Origin: Eledone cirrhosa
Lineage: Eukaryota
Reading direction: 5' to 3'
NCBI GenBank assembly: GCA_964016885.1
Contig: OZ024754.1
Location: 16,926,001 to 16,990,000 of the forward strand
DNA length: 64,000 bases
The stretch's first letter is position 1; the number at the start of each line of letters is the position of its first letter. Below the pieces are notes generated by a model. The model searched no databases. It was not told the DNA's origin and saw only the letters and a program-made list of their open reading frames with translations. Position numbers and translations under genes: made by a program. Below, one piece after another: positions 53,069 through 64,000 of the stretch.

Positions 53069-56000
53069 ATATGTATCGTAATGCAGACAGCAAGACATAG
53101 CTTTCCTTCCCCTCTTCCAGTGTCTCTCTCTCTCCCTCCCGCTATCCCCCTCTTGTAGTCTGTCTCTTTCTTTCACTCTCACTCTCTCTCTACGCGTTGG
53201 ACACAGACAGAGAAATTGCTGGTTATATATTATAAGGAGATTATTAGATACCTCTCCTAGTCTGACTTGGCTTACTAGCTCTATACAAACGTTTAAATTG
53301 ATTATATATATAAATAAATACATACACCCATATATACATATAGACATACTTATGAATGGGGAAATGTTTTTGACTATTCTTTCATATGTATTTTACATAT
53401 TCAATCACTCATTATTTTAGAATATGTCTGATTGTAAGCCTGAAGAATTTAATTAATATAACAATATACTATGGAATTGAAATGTACATTATAGAATGCT
53501 ATTTTTTTATAAAACAAATTGAATAAAATTTGCTGTCAAATTTAAAGATATTTCTGAAGATAAAAGAATTTCATTGCTAGTGAAAATATTTTTATTCTTT
53601 CCATATATCACAATTTTTCTCTATAATTTATTTCTATGTATATCAAATTTTTTTTACCAAGATAATGCATTTGGTAATGAGAAGAAGGGGGTAGGTGTAA
53701 AAGCCAAACTTGCTATCTTCAATTCGGTATTTGTGCCAACCGTTATCTATCTTACCCATGCTCATGAATCTTGGGTAATGATTGAAAGAATATGATTGCG
53801 AATACAAGCAGTCAAAATTGGATTTCTCCGAAGGGGCTTTGGAGTAATGTTACTCAATAGTATGTAACTCGGAGATAAGAAAGTCAATCTAGGTACAGCC
53901 ACTACTTCTTCGAATTGAGAGATGACAGCTCCAATACTATGAGTATGTGCTTAGAATGTCTCAGGAAAGAATCACTGAACAGGTTTTATGGGCAAAACCA
54001 ACTGGCAGGAGAGCCAGGGGTAGAACTTGAGCAAGATGGTTGGATAACATAAATGTTCTCATCTCTACTTGCTTGGGGATCAAGTGGAGACGGCTGCTCT
54101 GGAAAGAGTGTTTGAGGACTCTGAAGCAAATGAAGAAGAAGATTTCTGAATAGTTCTGTTCTGGGCAGTGAATTGGCAGAGTCGTTAGTGTCTAATTAAA
54201 TACTTTGGTATTTGATTTGGCATTCTCTGTTTTGAGTTCAAATTTTGCCTAGGTCAAATTTACCTTTTATACTTTGGTAGAATTGTTAAAGAATCAGATG
54301 GGATGGTTTGTGGTATCTGTTCTGGCTCTGTGCAGTCTGAGTTCAAATCCTGCCTTCTACCACCAAATAAGTACCGATACTTTTGGCAACTGTTGCAACC
54401 AGCAGATTGTTTCTGCTCTGGAAACAACACATGGAAAGAGTGAATTGACAAATTATAGTTGTATGATCTCATGAAAATTTCTTTATTTAAAGTTTTGTAA
54501 ATTTTCCACTGAGAAATAATTATCTATGACCTGGAGTAAAAATTTCTTAGTTTCTCTGACAATAATCACTTAGATTAATTTGTGTTTTGTGCCAGTGTTA
54601 GAAATATCTTAATTAATTACTTCCTGCACATCAGTGTTAAAAATTAACTCTTTCCCTCTCTTCTTAACTATCATTAATTTTGGATTGGCAGTATCAGTAG
54701 AGGGTCAGACACCATGCTTTCCAGCATAGTTACGTCCCTTTACGATCTGAGTTCAAATCCCGCCGAGGTTGACTTTGCCTTTCATCCTTACGGGGTCGAT
54801 AAAATAAAGTACCAGTAATGCACTGGGTAATTGCTGGCCTTGTGCCTAAAGTAGAAACAATTAATTTTCATTCTCAATGTCCTATATCACAGAAACCACA
54901 TCAGCAATACATTCTTGAAAATGTACCAAAACAGTACTATGGCTTCCTCATATTAGAAATTAAAATCTTTGTTTTAGTTTACTGCAAATTTACTGCCCCG
55001 TCATCATCATCATCAGCATCACCGTTTTACGTCCATTTTTCCATGCTAGCATGGGTTAGACGGGTTGTCCTGTTGTGGGCATTGCCAGGTCGAGTGACCA
55101 TGTCTTGCTCATACAGAACTGATTTTGGCTTGATTTCTACAGCTGGATGCCCTTCCTAACACCAACCTCATTTACAGTGAGTGCCGGGTGCTTTTTTACT
55201 GTGGCACCTACATGACCACTTTACAGTGTGGACTGGGTGCTTTTTTGTCATGACACCTACACAACCTCTTTACAGGGGGGGGGGGGGGCATACTGTCTAT
55301 ATGCTTCGGCTTTGGATTGTACCTGTGGGAAGTCGGGTCTTCTGTATTACTGCGTGTTCTCAAAATAAATAATATCAAAATCTCATAGATTCGATATTAT
55401 GTGAGATAATTATGTGAGGTAAAGACTTTACTGTGAAAATGCAATAGTAAATATAGAGTAATGTAAAGGCTAAAAGGTTAACAAACCATATGAAATGATA
55501 TTTACAAGACATTCTTGGAAAGTTCAAAACTGCAGTATAACTGCATCACATAAAAAAATGAGTATTTTACTTTAATGCTACACATTTTTACAACAATCTG
55601 TCCACTGGTAAAAATACTATAAACATTTGGAGAAACTGGTTTGTTTTTCAATATTTTCTGCTATGATTGCAGGATATTAAAAGTAAAGATGGAAGCCATA
55701 TAAAATGAGGTGTTGTGTCTCTGTGTTGTAGTATTGTAACTGTTTGGAGATATTTGATCTTTTATAGAGAAAGGTAATAAACATGTGTGGCAGGAACACA
55801 GCTAAAAAAGAAACAAATGACAACAATCAATCTGGCTTATCTTTAGTCTGCATATTGTATTTATTAGAGTATTGCCAAACTTAATTGCTATGACTGTATG
55901 TTGCATGCTGGGTAAAGATACTCTATCCAATAATACCAAGTACTGTCTGATTTATGTTTTAACAAACCTATTCAGCCAACACTATATTATTATCTGTAGA

Positions 56001-59000
56001 AATGTATTAAAATATTCTGTTAGTGAAATTTTAATAATTTTATCGATTTATTAAATGTTCTACTTCATATGTAATATGTTGTAGTTTGCAACATAAATTT
56101 AGTTTCACTTTAATCCAGTTATGGTGGAATATATTGATTTCTCCAACAGTACACCTTTGATATGAGGCTAGTGGTCTTCTAGTCTGCCTGGAGTTACTTA
56201 TAAATAAGATTGTTATTACTGGTACAAGGCAGTAGAGTGGCAGAATTGTTAGTGTCAGACAAAATACTTTGCAGCATTTCATTATTACATTACAACTCTT
56301 TATGTTCTGAGTTCAAATCCAACTGAGGTCACCTTTTCTTTTCATCCTTATAGGGTCAATTTGATCAACTTCTGCTTCACCTGTTCCAAAAAATTGCTAA
56401 CCTTGTGCCTAAATTGAGACTTTTATTACACTGGTACAATAACTGATTACATGACTCTGTTACATGTTTAAACGAGGCTAAGGTTTTTGTTGTCAACTTC
56501 CAACTGCTGTAGATACTCGATATATATTAAGTAATGTTCTGAAAGATTTGCTTTATAAAAAAATAATAAAAAAATGTTAGTTTTACTAAATTCCTCCAAA
56601 TTTTTGATTATTATCAACATTAATTGGAACATATAGGTAGTCTCTCTCATTATGAATATGGCAATGAAAGGATTAATAATGATTAAGATGATACATAATT
56701 ATACTCGTGATGGGATACAAAACTGTCAACTACACAATTAACAAGCAGCACCATTACTAATCCTACTATAACATTCAAAATATCAAATTCTTTTTAGAAA
56801 ATATAGGCATCCCAAATGCAGAAAAGACTGTAACAACAGTCGATTGCTATAAATAATAGCTTAGAAAATTGGGTAAAATACCCCTATACCTGGAAGAAAG
56901 TGGCCAGCAGCTGCTACAAAGAATTGAACTGTATCCCTAGAATTCCATCCGAGTGCTTTAAACATTGAACTAAGCAGTTTCTGACAAAATATGCTTTGGT
57001 TTATACTTTTATTAATTTATGGTCCAACACTTGGTAGCATGGAAAATGGACTTTAAATGATAATGACGATGATGATTTGAGAGTTGATTAAAAAATCTCC
57101 ATATTTTATGTTTTATTTTTTGTCTAATTCATCATTTTTTTCAATTTTAAAGAGAAAATCTGGAAACCTAATGAATTTATTATTGATCTCTTGTTTGTTG
57201 TAAATCACTGAGAATTTGTTAAAGACAATTTGTTTTAAATAAGATCATCTCATAATCTAGGCTTATATATTATACCATCAATCTGTTTGCATTCATGTGG
57301 GTGTATCTTCTGTTTTCATTCATATAAAAATCTACTTTCTGTTTATATAATGTTGACAACTAATAGAGAAGGTAGAAAAATCTTATTAATTATTCATAGT
57401 CATCATAATTTTATTTATTTTAGCATTAAAAAATATAATTAAATCCATTTTGTTTTTTGTAATAAATAGTAACTGGCTTTTAACATAAAAAAACTTACCA
57501 TTCACATGGTGTTCTTTTAATTATCTAATAGTCACTACTATTTTGCACTTGTTATCCGCTGTAACCTTTTAGTATGTGTTTACCAATCTTTTATATTTTT
57601 AACAACTATAACATTCAATTTCCACTCATCTATGTTAAATCTTCTGGTATTATCTTTCTCCTAATAATATGTTGTTATAGCTCACACCTTGTTGGTTTAG
57701 CTGGCCTCTTATAAGGTTGCGTGTCATAGATGTCTCAGGTGTTTTAATGGTGGATAGCACCCCCTCCTGGACCAGCCTCCAGTCTGTTGCAGGGATTAAC
57801 CTTCAACTGTTGTTGGTATTGTGGGTTTTTTTAATCCCCCTCCCTCCCCCAGCTGAGTGGATGCTAATGAAATATCATTTCATGACAATTTACTTTCTGT
57901 TCTTACTGTCTCTTCCTAGTTTTCCTGGAATTATCTTTTGGCTTTGGAAAATTCTGAAAAACTCTTCTTTATAATAAGTATAAACTAGATTTGAACATGG
58001 CAGAGCAAGATAATGTCCAGAGAACATATCAACACATTGAAATATTAGATTGAATTGTTTGAAGTAGAACATCCAGTCTGCTTGTCTATTGTTTCATTAT
58101 GTAATGAATATGTTATCTTTTCGCTGCTAGATTAATGGAAACTAGCAACCGGTTTCTCTGTCTACCTACATCATAGTTTTTGTTATATAACGGGTTGTAA
58201 GGAGAACAGAAACACAGGATTTGATGATGAGTGTTCAAGTTGTTCAGTCAATGGAACAGACTGCTCATGAAATCAATATATAAGTGGCTGAGCATTCCAC
58301 AGACACATGTCTCCAAAATATTATTCTCTGGGACAGTCAGCATGATGCAGTGTGTGACTAGGCTGGCCCTTTGAATTACAGGTACAGTCTATCTGATAGG
58401 GGTTCAAATAGCTTCCATCTACCCACATACACTCAAAGTTGATATGAGGCTATGATACATTTCATTTGTTAAAGATGTCACACAGTGAGATTGAACCAAA
58501 GACCTAATGATTGTAAAGTGAACCTCTTTACCATTCTACCATGTATCCTCAAACTCATGAGCAATTTAGGAATGACTTAAAAATAAAACAAAGAAAACAT
58601 GTTACCTTATCAAAGGAAAAAAAAAAAAAAAAATGGTTTCATAGTTTTGTATCTGTTTAATAATTGTTAATTTTATAATAAACTGCAGTTAAGGGAAAGT
58701 ATTCATAATATAACAAAGTTTAAAATAATTTTCTTTGAGTAATTTGCATTACATATTAACCCTTCCAATCTATTTTTCAAAAATAATGGTAAATTAATCT
58801 TAAATTTCTCTTAGAATAAACTGAAGCTCATTTATGAGATATTTATTAATAGTTTCTTGAAATGTAATCAATTAAATCTTTTACTGAAAGTAAATTTCCA
58901 ATTTAATTTATAGTTATCATTTTCTGCAAGTATAACATTGCCAACATTTTACTGCTGTAAAGAAAGTAAAAAATAGAAAAGAATTTATATTTTTCTATAA

Positions 59001-59462
59001 GTTATGCAGTTAAATGCAATTAAATGCTGAAATTTATATAAATCATTTGTATAGAAAATCTAATTATAAGCTGAACCCTTTCTTTCAAATTGTAAAGGGA
59101 GGAAATATAATTGTTACCAATATATAGATTTACAGAACTCCCGAATGAATAGAAACTGGCTGATATTATGTATTTATATACAGGCACTGGATTGGCAGTA
59201 TCGGTAGAGGGTCGGATGCCATGCTTTGACGCATAGTTACGGCCTTTGTCATTCTGAGTTCAAATCCCGCCAAGGTTAACTTTGCCTTTCATCCTTACGG
59301 GGTCGATAAAATAAAGTGCCAGTAATGCACTGGGTAATTGCTGGCCTTGTGCCTAAAGTAGAAACAATTATGTATATATATAATGAAGACAGATTTTAAT
59401 CCTGTCAAAATATAGGAGGGAGAAAACCTAAATGGTGTGTATATGTGTATATATATATAAAT

Positions 59463-59806
59463 GGAGGCACATGGCTTAGTGGTTAGAGCATTGGCGTTGC
59501 AATCGAAAGGTTGTGAGTTCAATTCTCAGACCGGGTGATGTGTTGTTTCCTTGAGCAAGACACTTTATTTCACATTGCTCCAGTTTACTCAGCTGTAGAA
59601 ATGAGATGGTAGGGACTGGGGTCCCTATCATTCCACTGCAAAGTGGACGTGTAGGTGCCACGGCAAAAAAAGCACCCAGCACTCACTGTAAATGAGGTTG
59701 GTGTTAGGAAGGGCATCCAGCTGTAGAAATCAAGCCAGAATCAGTTCCCGTCCCACCCTTGCAAGCAGGGAATAAGCGAACGTAAAATGAAATGATGAAT
59801 GATGAT
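59463..59806 (+). mobile_element. SINE family B, full-length copy
   Basis: tRNA head, CORE-like ccttgagcaagacacttt...cagtttactcagctgtagaaatgagat, then the ggttggtgttaggaagggcatccagc domain. The tail nearly matches the RTE 3' end at 33366-33431. Confidence 0.9.
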
Positions 59807-60171
59807 ATATATATATCAAGGGTGGTGCCCCAACATGGCCTCAGCCGGATGGCTGGAACAGGTAAAAGAGTAAATATATATATATACACACACAGACACA
59901 CCGCAATAAATGTAACGAAAATTTGACACCTCATTCATTTTATTATTATTATCAAAACACATTATTCGCTTCCTTACATTGATTCTTAGAAATTCTCTAA
60001 ACCATCACAGAAACTTCTGTTTAGCCTCAGAACATTAGCACTCAATCTGACCAAATTCATAGTGTATTTCTCCAGGCTTTCTACTTCCACTGCCATCCAA
60101 CATTCCCCTTGTGATTCAAGAACCAACTATGTTTATCATAAATGCAGTATTTTTCTAATTCTTTCTGTTAA

Positions 60172-60385
60172 CCCTTTAGCTATTTTTACTCTATATTTAC
60201 TCTATATTTACTATTGTATTTTCACGGTAAACACATAATTATCTCATAATATCGAATTTATGAGATTTTTATATTATTTATTTTGAGAACAATACCCTAA
60301 CGTAAGTATGAGCAGCCGATTACAGCTGGTTTGAACAGAAAGGGGTGAATTCTGGCTGGATACAACTGGTTTAAATGCCAAAGGG
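60172..60385. mobile_element. piggyBac-like MITE family 1
   Basis: TTAA|CCCTTTAGC...TAAATGCCAAAGGG|TTAA. Confidence 0.75.
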
Positions 60386-61045
60386 TTAAACACCTTACCC
60401 ACAGAACTAATATGATCAACTTAACTGGTAGAATATGTCTCTTATTCTGAGTGGATCAGTGCAGCAGTTTCAGCTGCTTTTCATCAGATGTTATACCTTA
60501 ACTACACTTGAACAGTCCATCCATTTATTGTCTGTAGTTTAGCTGAAAATATAAAATGCTTAATATAATCAATATCTACTTATTGCTAGCTTTGTACATG
60601 TATAAAGAATATTTTAAAATAAAGAAAGAGTAAGGAAAATGAAAAAAAAAATATTTTACCTGTAAAGTTTTCCATTCTTTTAACTATGTGAGAAAATATT
60701 GTATTGAGTTTAAACAGTATTGAATATCTCGTAACATAAAAGTGATAACTGCCATTAAAAATAAACTCAAAATTACAAACAAACAAAAACATTACATATG
60801 TACTAAATAACATAAACAATAACGACTTTAGTAATGTATTTTTTATTTAAATATTCTTGTTTCTGCAAGCATGCTTAATACTATCGCTGTAAATATAAAA
60901 TTTAGTGGTTTAAATTTTATTTTCAAATAGTTTTTTTTTTTTTTTTGGTTAAAGCTATAATCATTCTAGGGATAAACCAGATATCACCATCATCATCATT
61001 CTCACCAACACCATCATCTTCATCACCACCACCACCATCACCATA

Positions 61046-61405
61046 CATAAGAACTTCTCTGTTTTAGTCTACTTCACATATAAGAATTCTTGTATTATTC
61101 TACTTCATATATAAGAACTCCTGTTCTAGTCTACTTCATATATAAGAACTCCTCTCTTTTATTCTACTTCATATATACAAACTCCTCTGTTTTATTCTGT
61201 TTCATATATAAGAACTCCTGTTCTAGTCTACTTCATATATAAGAACTCCTCTCTTTTATTCTACTTCATATATACGAACTCCTCTGTTTTATTCTGTTTC
61301 ATATATAAGAACTCCTGTTCTAGTCTACTTCATATATAAGAACTCCTCTCTTTTATTCTACTTCATATATACGAACTCCTCTGTTTTAGTCTACTTGATA
61401 TATAA
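61046..61405 (+). repeat. Minisatellite of 31/33-bp monomers with a 97-bp higher-order unit
   Basis: ataagaactcctgttctagtc starts at 61111, 61208 and 61305 (period 97 = 31+33+33). Confidence 0.92.
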
Positions 61406-61789
61406 TACCAGTAATCAAGACTGATACTTCATTCACTAAATATCAGTACTGTTCCAGACTTTAATAAACTGGAAACTAATAAGTTCAAAGAAGCATCTCA
61501 GTTTAATATTAATGTTTACAATATTGATATATTGATTATTGTGGACAGTTCATTGGAAACATCTATAACAAGTTGATATTTTCTCTGTTAATTCTTCCCT
61601 TACCATATTTCTCATTAAAGACACTACCTATGATCTTCAAATCATTTTCAGGATAATGAAAATAGTTGGAAGGATTTAGTATTATGACTTCCCCATTATT
61701 AACAGGTGTTTGGAACATTTACTTACCAAAAGTTCTTACATAAAATTATGATGAACGTTATTATTTTCTTTGTCTTTTAGATAATTATC

Positions 61790-61951
61790 CTGTGAAATTC
61801 CGTTATAACAAAATTCCCGGGGTATAAAAAAAAAATTCATTGTAGTGGAAAATTCTTTATAATGAGATTGACTGAAATGCATCGAGCGTGAGGCAGGGAT
61901 TGGAAAAAATTTCGTTATACTGAAAAATTCGTTTTAATGGAATTTTATCAG
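61790..61951. mobile_element. pogo/Tigger-like MITE nested in MITE-2
   Basis: Degenerate TIRs gtgaaattccgttataacaaa / ttcgttttaatggaatttta, with internal ttcgttata repeats. Confidence 0.6.
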
Positions 61952-64000
61952 TAAATATTTTAAACCAAACAGTTTTTGCAATGTAGAACCAAGGGTTGTT
62001 TCAGATGGTTTATGTATGAAAGGTTAATGATATAGTTTACCAAAACATAGAGTAACTGTTTGTATGGTCTTAAATTGCTTAGTTGTTGACCTTTACTTTG
62101 TTTCCGAGGAAAGCTATATCATTTCAATTCAACTTTGAATGAATGGCGAGTTCTTTGCTGGTGAAGATCAATGGGAAGAATTGTTGTCCTGTTCCATGTG
62201 GTGGCAGTAGAGTCCAATCCTGGACCTGTAGGCTCTGATACGGTTGGGGCAAGTGTTACCCATGCAAGAAATGTTCCTATGATAATGAAGTAAAATTTAT
62301 ATGACTATAATCCTCTTGGTTATTGATAAGGTTTATAATCCACTTGGCTCTTGATAATTATGTGATATAAACATATGTTTCAAATGATTTAAGAACCCCT
62401 ATAATCTTAAACAATGTGTCTCCTGGTAGAGTATGCAAATATTTCATTCTTGACTAGCAGTGTGTGTATGTGTGTGTGTAAACCAATTCACATACTTTAG
62501 TTTTAGCTAGACAAATATTTTATTTAATCTTTTTGGTACCTGATTCTATGATACAAAGCTGTTTGTTTATTAATCTCAAAACTTTCCATCATAATTTTTA
62601 TATAAGAACTCTTATCTGAGATTTGGGAAGAAATCCAAACCCTATGTAAAGAAAAAGTATAATTAAGTCTCAAAGAAAAACTGTCAGTGCATGTGTGCAT
62701 ATGTAGGGGGTATTAATGTTCTCAAAGGAATGCATATATAACACTCATGACGATGTAGTAGATGTAGTAAAGGAGTGTTTCATTGTAAAATAATCACTCC
62801 GTATTTAACACCTTATTTACATAGAATTTAAAGTAGGTGAAAATCTTGACCTCAAATATAAGTTGACGTCCCATTTTACCATTGATTTTATATTAGTATA
62901 TATGGTATATTATTAAATCTCTCCAAATTCTTGATTATTTTCAAAATTAATGGAAAACCACCAGCAGTGTTTTTCATTAGAAATATGATAATACTTTACA
63001 TAAGAGCACAGCACAATATCAATGGTTCATCCTTTTCCTATGTTACTACTATACCACCATTTCAAATGTTATGGTTAGAATTGCCAAAGATTGTCAGTGG
63101 TTGACAGTTTGACTAGGCTTCTTTTGATCTGAAGCAAACGTTTTGCTTTATAATTATACCTCAGATTTTATAACTATGAGCTTTATAATTATACCTTAAA
63201 ATTCTGGTTTTGAATTAAACCAGTATTATTTTTTAAAACCGCAATAATAAATCTTTTGCTTGAGGATGTTGATTTTTGTGGAGACTGTTTTACTTGGTCA
63301 TACACAGAATCAATTTTAACATAAACATATTTCTATATATTTGTTTTTTAAACACTTGAAGTTCCTTTTCAATTATCTTTACATATTTTTATAATTGATT
63401 ATACCAATTTCCGATTCATGTTTGTTTTAAGTTATCAGGAGCCAAGCTAGATTAAGGAAAACTTCTGAATAAATAATTAAGAATTAATCAGCAGATCATA
63501 AACTGTTGAGCTTGGAAGAACATTAGTGATTTGATATGGGCTTTTGTTAACCCTTGCTACCACCCACCCACCCCAGTTTAAAGCTATTTAAACTGATAAT
63601 CAATTTGTCTATGGATGTGCACATGTTTATATGTGTTCTAAATGTGCTTAGGTATCAACGAAAACAAGACAACGAAAGCAGAAAATTTGTGATTATGGGA
63701 AGGAAATTAACTGACTGAAGTGTCATCAGTTTGGAAAAGAATAAATCAAGGAGTATGAAGAAGTTCATAAACTTATCTTAAACTTATCTCTCAAGAGGGA
63801 AATGTATTAAAGTTAGTCATGATTGACAAAATAACATCACAAAAGCCTAACCTAACTCTAAATTACATGAACAGATAATTGTTAAACTAATAATGGCAAA
63901 GAATTTTTTATACTCATAAAAACTTCAATTCTTTATTTTTTATAGTAGCTTGTAGAAAGGAACAACACCAGAAAATGTTAGATTCCTACACTTGTCATAG

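Noticed and set aside
53434-53495. Hammerhead-like ctgaaga...gaaa-tgtaca-tt
   Set aside because: Palindromic helix III is present, but helix I does not pair and the helix II base is poor; at best a decayed copy.
59463-59535. tRNA gene candidates (also 39032-39100 and SINE-A heads)
   Set aside because: They continue directly into multi-copy SINE bodies and lack a proper acceptor stem; these are SINE heads.
60460-60497. Minus-strand ctgatga...gaaa
   Set aside because: No credible helix II or helix I; consistent with chance.

Overview
AT-rich, repeat-dominated eukaryotic DNA with no confidently identifiable host gene, so most likely intronic or intergenic. The repeat repertoire (RTE LINEs with (TGA)n tails, tRNA-headed CORE-type SINEs, very long TA/CA/TATG microsatellites) points to a cephalopod, probably an octopod; this is an inference. 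Recognisable elements include a decayed near-full-length RTE LINE (9.7-13.2 kb, minus), a 5'-inverted RTE-group insertion with a 12-bp TSD, and 3' fragments of Dong/R4 and CRE retrotransposons. There are also hAT, mariner/pogo, piggyBac-like and Helitron-like non-autonomous elements, two SINE families and three tandem arrays. Most long ORFs in the track are microsatellite artefacts. The main hidden signal is a set of minimal type-I hammerhead ribozymes read by eye: five with intact cores (519, 35348, 39869, 48065, 49026), one with a core mutation (47196) and one mirrored half-site (30864). They sit in short non-coding islands beside (TA)n tracts, and two lie in fold-back elements. This architecture matches Penelope-like pseudo-LTRs or retrozymes. 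Two same-strand copies 961 nt apart could act as a dimeric ribozyme and release a circularisable RNA. No folding or database search was run, and most element boundaries are approximate.
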